NCBI GenBank assembly: GCA_963741955.1
Contig: CAVUKB010000005.1
Location: 800,001 to 864,000, forward strand
Reading direction: 5' to 3'
Length of the DNA: 64,000 bases
From: an uncultured Acidobacteriota bacterium
Lineage (GTDB): Bacteria; Acidobacteriota; Thermoanaerobaculia; Gp7-AA8
Part shown: positions 9,821 to 18,706 of the stretch, in pieces
How positions within the stretch are numbered: position 1 is the first letter of the stretch
How the letters are laid out: every line of letters starts with the position of its first letter
The notes under the pieces: generated by a model
Told to the model about the DNA's origin: nothing
Seen by the model: the letters and a program-made list of their open reading frames with translations, nothing else
Database searches by the model: none
Translations under genes and position numbers: made by a program

Positions 9821-10561
9821 TCAGTCAAGACCTGTCCCCGAGTGACTCCTTCCGGTCGCTCCAGCCGTTTCCGCGATCTGATGGGCGTCTCTGCGCCTGG
9901 TGAGAAGTGCGATGGTGGCGCCGAACAGAAAACCTCCGATGTGAGCCCACCACGCGACGTTCACCACCTGTTCGACTCCCGACGCCGCGTGAAGGGCGAA
10001 ATAACCGTTCAGGAACTGCAGCCCGAACCAGAGCGGGAGGAAAACCAGCGCCGGAATCTCAGCCAGAGCCCACGAGATCACCAGCGGGAAGAGAGTGACC
10101 ACCCGCGCGCGGGGAAAGAGAACCAGGAACGCGCCGAGCACCCCCGCGATGCTGCCCGACGCGCCGATCGATGGCACGGTCGAGCCGGGAAATGCAGCTG
10201 CGTGAGCGATGCTGCCGATCGCTCCGGCACAGACGAAGAAGAATCCATACGCCACGCCGCCGATCCGCTGCTCCACCTCGTCTCCAAAAACCCAGAGATA
10301 GATCATGTTGCCGAGCAGATGCACGAACCCGCCGTGAAGAAAGAGCGAAGTCCCGAGAGTCATCACCGCTTCCAGCCCGCTGTAGGCGAAGAGGTCCGGA
10401 TGGAAGAGACGCGCCGGGATGAACCCGAAGGTCTGGATCAGGAGGACCGATGCATGACCGTTGATCAACTCGAAGATGAACACTCCGACGTTGATCATGA
10501 TGATGGCGCGATTCACCCCCGCGGGGCGTTTCGTTCGCAGGTTGTTGCGCAGCGGAATCAT
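9821..10561 (-). CDS. Rhomboid family intramembrane serine protease
   Basis: FLHGGFVHLLGNM, GASG, AWWAHIGGF. Confidence 0.93.
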   Translation of the reverse strand: MIPLRNNLRTKRPAGVNRAIIMINVGVFIFELINGHASVLLIQTFGFIPARLFHPDLFAYSGLEAVMTLGTSLFLHGGFVHLLGNMIYLWVFGDEVEQRIGGVAYGFFFVCAGAIGSIAHAAAFPGSTVPSIGASGSIAGVLGAFLVLFPRARVVTLFPLVISWALAEIPALVFLPLWFGLQFLNGYFALHAASGVEQVVNVAWWAHIGGFLFGATIALLTRRRDAHQIAETAGATGRSHSGTGLD

Positions 10562-10643
10562 CCGCCTTCCGCTACCGCAACCTTCGCGCCAGGAGGGCGC
10601 CTCGAGAGTGGAGGCCTCCGCCCCCGAGATCCGAACTCCCGCC

Positions 10644-11768
10644 TCACCGCAGCGCGCTTGCGATCACCTCGACCACTTTTTCCAGCTCGTCGCTTCTCAG
10701 CTCCGAGAAGATCGGGAGAGCGAGTGATTCCTTCGCGGCGCGACGAGACTCGGGGAACGCTTCCGACGCTCCCGGAAGTGAGCGGAAGCACTCCTGGTCG
10801 GGAAGCGCCACCGGATAGTAGATGTCGAATCCGATCGCCTCCTGCCGCAGGGCGTCCATCACCTTCTGCCGGACCGCTTCTCCCTCCGGGAAACGCACCA
10901 CGAACTGGTTGTAGACGTGCCGGCGCCGCGGAAGCGTCTTCGGAAGGATGATCCGGCCCGCTCCCTTCGTCGCCGCGAAGAGCTGGTGATACCTCTCCGC
11001 GTTCTTCTGTCTCCCCATCGTCCACCCCTCGAGATGACGGAGCTTGACGTCGAGAATCGCCGCCTGGAGTGCGTCGATGCGGAAGTTGCCGCCGACGTAG
11101 CGGTGATAGTACTTCGGACGCATCCCGTGAACGCGGAAATCGACCAGCTTTTCGGCCAGTGCGCCGTCGGCCGTGGTCACCGCGCCGGCGTCACCGAACG
11201 CTCCCAGATTCTTCGAAGGGAAGAAGGAGAACGCACCGGCCAGCCCGAGCGATCCGGCACGACGCCCGTCGAACTCCGCTCCGACCGACTGGGCCGCGTC
11301 CTCGATCACCGGGATGTTCCGCTCGCGCGAGATGGCGCCGATCGCCTCCATGTCCGCGCACTGCCCGTACAGGTGCACCGGAATGATCGCCCGGGTGCGC
11401 GGCGTGATCTTCCGCGCGATCTCCTCCGGCCGGATGTTGAATCCTTCCGGCTCGATGTCCGCGAACACCGGAACTCCCCCCAGACGCGCAACCACGCCCG
11501 CAGTCGCGAAGAACGAATATGCCGGGATGATCACCTCGTCCCCGCTTTTCACCCCGAGCGCCATCAGTGCGATCAGGAGAGCGTCCGTCCCCGACGAGAC
11601 ACCGATCGAGTGCGGTGACTGGCAGTACGCCGCGAAGTCACGCTCGAACTCCTCCACCCGCTTTCCGAGGATGAACATCTGTGATTCGTAGACGTCCTCC
11701 GTCACCCGGAGTACTTCGTCGCGGATCGTTGCGTACTGTCGTTTGAGATCGAGAAGCGGGATGGCCAT
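10644..11768 (-). CDS. DegT/DnrJ/EryC1/StrS PLP-dependent aminotransferase
   Basis: SSGTDAL, PVHLYGQ, IEDAAQ, FSFFPSKNLG. Confidence 0.95.
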   Translation of the reverse strand: MAIPLLDLKRQYATIRDEVLRVTEDVYESQMFILGKRVEEFERDFAAYCQSPHSIGVSSGTDALLIALMALGVKSGDEVIIPAYSFFATAGVVARLGGVPVFADIEPEGFNIRPEEIARKITPRTRAIIPVHLYGQCADMEAIGAISRERNIPVIEDAAQSVGAEFDGRRAGSLGLAGAFSFFPSKNLGAFGDAGAVTTADGALAEKLVDFRVHGMRPKYYHRYVGGNFRIDALQAAILDVKLRHLEGWTMGRQKNAERYHQLFAATKGAGRIILPKTLPRRRHVYNQFVVRFPEGEAVRQKVMDALRQEAIGFDIYYPVALPDQECFRSLPGASEAFPESRRAAKESLALPIFSELRSDELEKVVEVIASALR

Positions 11769-12194
11769 CGGTTTCTGTTCCTTCCGTCCGGTTTTCGGCC
11801 CGGAAGAATATCCCGTGTCGCGGCGGTTTGCTACGGCCATTCAGATTGTTTGCAGGAACGAACCTTCCACTGGTGAACGACGTCCGGTGATCCGCCGCCT
11901 CGCCGTGGACGAAGTCCCGCCCCGTTCCGTATATCTCATCGGAACGCCCCACAGGGGCGACCGAAGTTCCCTCCTCGCCGCCTCCTCCGGCAGAACGCAT
12001 CCCTTTTTTGTCTACCATTCTTACCGTCCATTTACGTTATGCGAACATCGCATAAAAACTTGGACGTATTTTCTCGGTGCGCCGTATCAACGGGCAGATC
12101 GCGACGGACACCGGACAACGACCGGCAAGAGCTTCCGCGGAGCACGACACGGCCGCACCGGACGACGCGAAGATCGAACGAGGAGAACACCATC

Positions 12195-13268
12195 ATGTTG
12201 AAGAAACTCATCACTCTCGCCCTCTGTTTCGCAACCGCCAGCGCATTCGCTGCGACCGCGACGTACACCCTTCCGGCCGCGGGAACCGGCGCCGGCGCCG
12301 CGGGAAGCGACTGGCACACGGAGCTGATCCTTCACAACGCAGGCAATCAACCGCTCCAGGCCACGCTCACCTGGCACGACCAGAACGGCCCGGGAGGCGT
12401 GTTCACCACCACCATCGACCCGCGTGCGACTCAGTCGTTCGCCGACGTCGTGGCGACGCAGCTCGGAGTCACCAGCGGCACCGGCGCGATCACCGTCGAG
12501 ACCGACGCGGTCTTCGCGCAGAAGCTCGCGATCTCCGCACGCATCTTCAACCGCACCAGCGGCGGCGATCTCGGACAGGACGTCCCGGCCCTCGATTCGG
12601 GTGCCGCACTGACGAAAGGTGACACCGGCATCATCACCGGTCCCACCGACATCGCCGCATCGCGATTCAACTTCGGGATCTATGCAGCCGACGCCTCCAC
12701 CGTGGAATGGACGCTCCTGCGGAAAGACGGCACCGAGGCCGCCAGCGTGACGAAGGACTACGAGGCGGGCACACAGATCCAGTACAACGGCGGAGTGGAG
12801 ACTCTTCTCGATGCCACCGCCGAGAACGACGACGTGATCCATGCGAACGTTCAGAGTGGACGGCTCTTCCTCTACGGCAGCGTCGTCGACCAGATGAGCG
12901 GCGATCCCACCTGGGTCGGAGCCGGCCGGACCCGCGAGAATCTTCCGGTGCAGTTCCTCGGCGTCGACGTCAACCACGACGGGATCATCGACGCGACGGA
13001 TGCGAACGGCGACGGAGTCCTCGATCAGCCGGTCGACGTCTACACCGCGTTCTTCCCGAACTTCCTGCGTGTCCTGGTCGCGGATCCCGAAGGACAACCG
13101 GTAACCCTCAGCATCGTCTCCCCCACCCAGGACATCCGGATCGTGGAAGACAACCTGGTGCAGTGGTATCCGGGATCGATCCTGAAAGGAACCTCCGGAA
13201 AGCTCGTGATCGCGGCGAACGACGGCACCGACACCGTGAACCTCACCATCCCGGTCAACTTCAAGTAA
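12195..13268 (+). CDS. Secreted hypothetical protein
   Basis: GAGGAG RBS; signal peptide MLKKLITLALCFATASAFA; GAAGSDWHTELILHN; DxNxDG Ca-binding-like repeats. Confidence 0.8.
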   Translation: MLKKLITLALCFATASAFAATATYTLPAAGTGAGAAGSDWHTELILHNAGNQPLQATLTWHDQNGPGGVFTTTIDPRATQSFADVVATQLGVTSGTGAITVETDAVFAQKLAISARIFNRTSGGDLGQDVPALDSGAALTKGDTGIITGPTDIAASRFNFGIYAADASTVEWTLLRKDGTEAASVTKDYEAGTQIQYNGGVETLLDATAENDDVIHANVQSGRLFLYGSVVDQMSGDPTWVGAGRTRENLPVQFLGVDVNHDGIIDATDANGDGVLDQPVDVYTAFFPNFLRVLVADPEGQPVTLSIVSPTQDIRIVEDNLVQWYPGSILKGTSGKLVIAANDGTDTVNLTIPVNFK

Positions 13269-13285
13269 CCGGGAGCTTCCTCCCG

Positions 13286-13319
13286 TCGAAAAAGGCGGCC
13301 TTCGGGCCGTCTTTTTCGA
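13286..13319. terminator. Bidirectional intrinsic terminator
   Basis: TCGAAAAAGGCGGCC-TTCG-GGCCGTCTTTTTCGA between convergent genes. Confidence 0.85.
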
Positions 13320-13361
13320 TCTGGCGCTCACTGCGCGCCGGCCGGCGGAGCGGGGTCGCCG

Positions 13362-14597
13362 TTACTCGAAACTGACCCTCACGAAGCGCCTCTTCCCGAC
13401 CTTGAAGAAATAGCGCTTCCCCGCACTCGCGTCGAGAGTCGCCTTTTCGTCCGCGACCTTCTCCTCGTCGACCTGCACTCCGCCCTGCACCAGAAGCCGG
13501 CGCGCTTCCTTTCCGCTCGGCGCCGCCCCCACTGCCGTGAGAATCTTCGAAACGAGCATCGGAGTCTCCGACGCGGGGAGCTGCTTCTCCTCCACGTCGG
13601 TGGGAGCCTGCCGTTCACTGAAGACTTTCCGGAACTCCGCTTCCGCGGACGCCGCCGCATCGGCGTCGTGGAACTCGGTGATGATCATCCGCGCGAGCTC
13701 GCGCTTCGCCTCCATCGGGTGGAGACTTCCTGCTGAGACGTCCGCTTTCCGCTGCTCGATCTCGGCCGGGAGGAGATCGGTGCAGAGGAGGAAGTACTTC
13801 CACATCAGATCGTCCGAGATCGACATGACCTTCCCGAAAATCGATCCCGGATCCTCGTCGATCCCGATGTAGTTGCCGAGAGACTTCGACATCTTGTCGC
13901 GGCCATCGAGCCCCTCCAGCAGAGGCATGGTCATCACGACCTGCGGCGGCAGACCGTACTCGCGCATCAGGTCGCGGCCGACCAGGAGATTGAAGAGCTG
14001 GTCCGTCCCTCCGAGCTCGACGCTCGCCTCGAGCGCCACGGAGTCGTAACCCTGGGCCAGAGGATAGAGAAGCTCGTGCACCGCGATCGGCTGGTGCGTT
14101 TCGAACCGTTTGCGAAAGTCGTCACGCTCGAGGACCCTCGCCACGGTGTATTTCGCCGCGAGGCGGACCATCCCTTCCGATCCGAGCTTCCCGAGCCACT
14201 CGGAGTTGAAGCGCACTTCGGTCGTTTCGCGGTCGAGGATCTTGAAGATCTGTCTCCGGTACGTCTCCGCATTCCGTTCGATCTCTTCCCGGGAGAGTGC
14301 GGGCCGGGTGGCTTTCTTTCCGCTCGGATCACCGATCATCCCGGTGAAGTCGCCGATCAGGAAGATCACCCTGTGCCCCAGCTGCTGGAAGTGCTTCATC
14401 TTCCGGATCACGACGGTGTGCCCGAGGTGGATGTCGGGCGCGGTCGGATCGAATCCGACTTTCACCGTGAGCGGCTTACCCAACTTCTGCGCCTCGCGCA
14501 GTTTGGAGCGGAGGTCGTCCCGCTCGATCAGGTCGACGCTCCCCTTCGCGAGGTAGTCGAGTTGCTCGTCGATCGAAAGCTGTTTCTGCTGTGTCAT
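13362..14597 (-). CDS. tyrS: Tyrosine--tRNA ligase
   Basis: [27 protein letters not shown]-terminal S4 domain. Confidence 0.97.
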   Translation of the reverse strand: MTQQKQLSIDEQLDYLAKGSVDLIERDDLRSKLREAQKLGKPLTVKVGFDPTAPDIHLGHTVVIRKMKHFQQLGHRVIFLIGDFTGMIGDPSGKKATRPALSREEIERNAETYRRQIFKILDRETTEVRFNSEWLGKLGSEGMVRLAAKYTVARVLERDDFRKRFETHQPIAVHELLYPLAQGYDSVALEASVELGGTDQLFNLLVGRDLMREYGLPPQVVMTMPLLEGLDGRDKMSKSLGNYIGIDEDPGSIFGKVMSISDDLMWKYFLLCTDLLPAEIEQRKADVSAGSLHPMEAKRELARMIITEFHDADAAASAEAEFRKVFSERQAPTDVEEKQLPASETPMLVSKILTAVGAAPSGKEARRLLVQGGVQVDEEKVADEKATLDASAGKRYFFKVGKRRFVRVSFE

Positions 14598-14747
14598 GCC
14601 GTGGAGACTCCAGGAAGATCAGGCGATTCGAAGAACGCGAAGTGTACCGCAAAATCCTGCGCGGAAAACCGCCTGCTTCTCTCGATGATACCGGCGTTTC
14701 GCTCACCTCCACGACGAGAGCGTGCGAGCCACGGCGAGGCGGGTCTC

Positions 14748-14926
14748 GCCCGCATTTCTCACACCATCTCGTCGCGAGGAGGCGGAGAGTGGCCTGGATG
14801 CAAGGCGCGCCCCGCTTCGGCGACGAAGGCATAGTGGTGACTATGTTGAGGAGCCGAAGCCGGGCGCAACGCAACAGACAGGCCGCTATCCGGCTCCGCA
14901 GCAGAGATGGCGTGAGAAATGCGGGT
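14748..14926 (+). mobile_element. MITE family B copy 1 (~180 bp)
   Basis: TIR CCCGCATTTCTCAC...GTGAGAAATGCGGG; second copy at 16868-17040. Confidence 0.8.
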
Positions 14927-14931
14927 TAGGG

Positions 14932-15151
14932 CCAATGGCCCGAACTTAAGCAAGATCCGCGTGTCAGCCGAGAGTCGGCGCGAGCTTGCTGGGCAGCGAA
15001 GGATCCCCTCTCCGAGGGGCGCCACGGCTCCCGCCGTGGCCGCGCAGATCGCCTTCAGAACGCTACGAGACGACACCTGCGGCAGATGCGCAGCAACTCC
15101 GCGCATCGGCTCTGTGAACAGCCACAGTGCCCCTTAAGTTCGGGCCATTGG
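14932..15151 (+). mobile_element. MITE family A copy 1 (220 bp)
   Basis: 19-bp TIR CCAATGGCCCGAACTTAAG...CTTAAGTTCGGGCCATTGG; copies at 24937 and 58855. Confidence 0.85.
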
Positions 15152-15177
15152 GGTTAAGGCCGGAACTCCGGGAAAGC

Positions 15178-15897
15178 TCAGTCGAGCAGATTCGCTTCGA
15201 AGAGTTCGTACTCGCGAACCGGCCGCTCCACCGCGTCACTCCATCGCCAGAGCTGGAAGACGTACAGATCCCAGTGGAGGAGGAACACCTCCCGGGTCAT
15301 CGCCACGCGGCTGTTGAATCCGTCGCTGAACCCGCGCTTGTGCTCCTTGATCACGTGACCCAGCCCGCGAATGACGGTGTTCTTCTGCCGGTTTCCCTCG
15401 CGCGCGCAGAAGAAGTTCAGCGCCGTCTCGATCTTGAAGCGGTCCTGGTAGCGAAGAGGAACGGACGCGAAAACGTCGCGACGCATCACCCGGATCCCGG
15501 AGAGGACCGGCCCGAAGTGGAGCTGCAGGTGAAGGAAGTCGCGAACCGGACCGCGATGGCGCACCCCGACGTTCATGTCGCACTCGCGTCGGATCACCGG
15601 ACCGACCAGCGATTCGATATGGTCCTCGGTGACGTTGAGCATGTCGCCGTCGACGAAGAACAGCACATCGTGAATCGCGTGCTCGACACCGAGGCGCATC
15701 GCGCACCCCTTGCCGTGGTTCTCACGCAGGGCGATCGTGCGGACTTCGAGCTCGCGGGCGATCTCGACCGTCGCGTCGGTCGAGCCGTCGCTCACCACGA
15801 TGATCTCGTCGATCAGCGGGCTTCGCTTGAGCGCGTTGATGACGTTCGCGATCGTCTGCTCTTCGTTATAGGCGGCAATAATGGCGGAAACTCGCAA
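15178..15897 (-). CDS. Glycosyltransferase family 2
   Basis: VSAIIAAYNEE, VSDGSTD, NHGKG, FVDGD; TTG start estimated (ORF open to 15984). Confidence 0.88.
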   Translation of the reverse strand: MRVSAIIAAYNEEQTIANVINALKRSPLIDEIIVVSDGSTDATVEIARELEVRTIALRENHGKGCAMRLGVEHAIHDVLFFVDGDMLNVTEDHIESLVGPVIRRECDMNVGVRHRGPVRDFLHLQLHFGPVLSGIRVMRRDVFASVPLRYQDRFKIETALNFFCAREGNRQKNTVIRGLGHVIKEHKRGFSDGFNSRVAMTREVFLLHWDLYVFQLWRWSDAVERPVREYELFEANLLD

Positions 15898-16117
15898 CCG
15901 ATTCCTTTCCTCGCCCGCTCGCGAATCGCGGTAGCCGGGCGCATTGTATCCAAAAAGGTAGAGCTGTCCCAACAGGAACCACACTCGTCTTCCATGGGGT
16001 TCTCATCGAAACGGAAACGCGAGTTCTGCGGCAGAGCCCGATGACGACGAGAAGCGCGGCTGCGTGAACATCCCGCTTCGTCGTCACCGGGGCGTGCCGG
16101 AACAGTCGCGCGAAGCC

Positions 16118-16600
16118 TCAGCCCCCGATCCGTGAGACCGTGAAAGGAAACGCGAGCTGGCCGACGGGAGTGTTGTAGTACGCGTTCCCGCGCAGCTCGT
16201 ATCGCGCATTCCCCCCCTGCACCCACGTCGAGAGCTGCCGGAAGATCGACTGGACATCCGAATAGGCGACTCTCGTCCGCAGCGGAACGTCGCCGGTGCC
16301 GTTCGCCGGAATCCGGATCCCCTGATTCGCGATTCCGGTCGCCACGTGCGAATCGTTCACCAGAAGATCGAAATCGATCCGGTCGAGGTTGAGTCCGATC
16401 GAGTTCGGGTTCTGCACCGCGAGATCGATGTTGAAGTCGATGGACGATGCGGAGAGCGGAATGGCGACGTTCACGTTCGGCCGGATGCTCCGCACGCTGT
16501 ATTCGGGATTCTGGATGACCGGAGCGAGCGAGCTGCACGCTGCGAGTCCCAGCAGAAGAGCCGCTCCGCCAATGGCGGTCGCGATGAGTCTCGGTTTCAT
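16118..16600 (-). CDS. LEA type 2 (WHy domain) lipoprotein
   Basis: Lipobox LAAC; VQNPN motif. Confidence 0.8.
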   Translation of the reverse strand: MKPRLIATAIGGAALLLGLAACSSLAPVIQNPEYSVRSIRPNVNVAIPLSASSIDFNIDLAVQNPNSIGLNLDRIDFDLLVNDSHVATGIANQGIRIPANGTGDVPLRTRVAYSDVQSIFRQLSTWVQGGNARYELRGNAYYNTPVGQLAFPFTVSRIGG

Positions 16601-16700
16601 GTCGTCGGGTTGTGCAAGCGGCTCACCATGCGGAACGCAGCGTCGAAACTGCGACGGAAGTCGCATTAACTCTCATCACATGAAGTAGTTAGGTAGGTGC

Positions 16701-16758
16701 CTGACGCCGCAGACGGGCCGCGATCGCGCTCCGCAGCAGAAGTCCCGTAATCCGGGCT
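16701..16758 (+). repeat. Partial MITE-like repeat, family C
   Basis: CTGACGCCGCAGACGGGCC...GCTCCGCAGCAGAAGTCCCGT...AATCCGGGCT also at 58789-58850. Confidence 0.7.
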
Positions 16759-16835
16759 GGACACGTTGTCCTCTCCAGAGTGTCCTCGCCCGAGTGAACG
16801 CTCGGGCGGATGCTCGATCCCTTCTTCTGCCAAGC

Positions 16836-16867
16836 GCTACGGACGTTTCTACCGCGCAGACCCCCAG
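16836..16867 (-). repeat. Isolated end of IS1182-type MITE (family D)
   Basis: GCTACGGACGTTTCTACCGCGCAGAC is the reverse complement of the left end of the 63197 MITE. Confidence 0.7.
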
Positions 16868-17040
16868 GCCCGCATTTCTCGCACCGTCTCGTCGCGAGGA
16901 GGCGGAGAGTGGCTTGGATGCAAGGCGCGCGCAGCTTCGGCGACGAAGGCATAGCGGTGACTATGTCGAGGAGCCGAAGCTGTGCGCAACGCAGCAGACA
17001 GATCCTTCTCCGCAGCGGAGACGATGCGAGAAATGCGGGC
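16868..17040 (+). mobile_element. MITE family B copy 2
   Basis: TIR GCCCGCATTTCTCGCA...TGCGAGAAATGCGGGC; abuts the TAG stop of the lipoprotein gene. Confidence 0.8.
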
Positions 17041-17426
17041 TACCCTGAGATGTCCCTCGTCACCGTGATCTGGTCCGCGACCCATTTTCCGCTGCTGTTG
17101 CTTCCGGTCACCGAGATCTGATCGCCCCTCTCCAGATCCGTCGGCGAGTACGTCTTCCCTTGATACACCACGGTCGTGTTCGAGTCCCAGTAGATCGAAG
17201 AACCCGGCTGTGCGTTTCTGAGATTGTTCACCGTCGACACGTCGAGGTCGATCCTCTGCGCGGTCGGATTCACCGCCGTCACCGTCCCCTGAATCGTCGA
17301 CTGGTTCTGCGGCCCCGTGCTCCCGAGAATCGTCCCCAGATCGCCGAGGCTCCCGAGCGAGCTGCATCCCGCAGTCAGCAGAACGAAGAGAAAGCCCGCC
17401 GCGAGAATCGAAAATCTTTGCCTCAT
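17040..17426 (-). CDS. Lipoprotein with OB-fold-like (DUF5666-like) domain
   Basis: Lipobox TAGC; IQGTVTAVN...DLERGDQISVTG. Confidence 0.7.
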   Translation of the reverse strand: MRQRFSILAAGFLFVLLTAGCSSLGSLGDLGTILGSTGPQNQSTIQGTVTAVNPTAQRIDLDVSTVNNLRNAQPGSSIYWDSNTTVVYQGKTYSPTDLERGDQISVTGSNSSGKWVADQITVTRDISG

Positions 17427-17464
17427 CTGTTGCCTCCGGAGAGAATGAGAGCAAGGATCACGCC

Positions 17465-18691
17465 TTGGAACGACGTCGAGACCTCTGGCTTCCTCTCCCG
17501 CTCTTCGCCATCCTCTTCTACTTCTCGGAGGGCCTCCCCTTCGGAGTGGTCAACGAGCTCTTTCCGCTCTACCTCCGCGAGAAAGGCGTTTCGCTCCACG
17601 ACATCGGCCTCCTGAGCATCCCCGCACTCGCCTGGACCTTGAAGTTCTTCTGGTCTCCTCTCGTCGACCGGTACGGCAGCTACCGACGCTGGATCGCCGG
17701 CGCGCTCGGCGGGATCACGATCTCGATCGCGTTCTTCGCCCTGACCGGCAGCACGTCGGGCGCGTTCTTCTGGAGCGCGGTCACCCTCCTGGCGGTCGGA
17801 TCCGCCACTCAGGACATCGCGGTCGATGCGTACACCATCCGCGCCACTCCGCGGAAGGATCTCGGCTGGGTCAACTCGATCCGCATCACCGCGTACCGCG
17901 TCGCGATCATCGCGGCGGGCGGCGGGATGGCAGCGCTGGCGAGCTTCACCAGTTGGAGGACGAGCTTCCGGGTGGCAGCGATGGTCGCCGCCGCGATCCT
18001 CTTCTGCACGCTCACTCTCGTCCCTCCGGACCGCGGGGAAGCGTCCCAGCGCTCTCTCGTCCGCGGCCTCGCCGATTGGCTCACCCGTCCCAACGCCGCC
18101 ATCCTCCTCGCTCTCGTTCTTCTCTTCCGGATCGGAGACTCCGCGCTCGCGCCGATGATCAAACCGTTCTGGGTGGACCGCGGATACTCCGCCGCCGAGA
18201 TCGGAACGGTCACCACGGTGATCGGAGTGACGTTCACCATCCTCGGCGGGATCGCAGGGGGATGGGTCGTGACGCGGATCGGGATCTACCGCAGCCTTCT
18301 CTGGCTCGGTATCGTCCAGATGCTCTCGAACGGTGGATACGCTCTGGTCGCGATGACCGGCGCCGGACGCATTCCGATCTACTCCGCTGCGATCGTGGAG
18401 AACTTCACCGGCGGGCTGGGGATCGCCGCGTTCCTCGCGTTCCTCATGGCGATCTGCGACCGGCGTTACGCGGCCACCGAGTACGCGCTGCTCAGCGCCC
18501 TCTTCGGTCTCACCCGTTCGATCGCCGGCGCCATCAGCGGATACTCCGCCGAGGCGCTCGGGTACGCCGATTACTTCTGGCTGACGGTGCTGCTCGGAGC
18601 GGTGCCGCTCCTGCTTCTGCCGGTAGCGAGGCGTGCGATCGAGCTCGCGACGGCCGATACGGGGACGGACGCATTCGTCGAGGTGGAGTGA
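17465..18691 (+). CDS. AmpG-like MFS permease
   Basis: YFSEGLPFG, WTLKFFWSPLVD, SATQDIAVDAY, ATEYALLS. Confidence 0.88.
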   Translation: MERRRDLWLPLPLFAILFYFSEGLPFGVVNELFPLYLREKGVSLHDIGLLSIPALAWTLKFFWSPLVDRYGSYRRWIAGALGGITISIAFFALTGSTSGAFFWSAVTLLAVGSATQDIAVDAYTIRATPRKDLGWVNSIRITAYRVAIIAAGGGMAALASFTSWRTSFRVAAMVAAAILFCTLTLVPPDRGEASQRSLVRGLADWLTRPNAAILLALVLLFRIGDSALAPMIKPFWVDRGYSAAEIGTVTTVIGVTFTILGGIAGGWVVTRIGIYRSLLWLGIVQMLSNGGYALVAMTGAGRIPIYSAAIVENFTGGLGIAAFLAFLMAICDRRYAATEYALLSALFGLTRSIAGAISGYSAEALGYADYFWLTVLLGAVPLLLLPVARRAIELATADTGTDAFVEVE

Positions 18692-18706
18692 GTGCGCGCA
18701 GGACGC

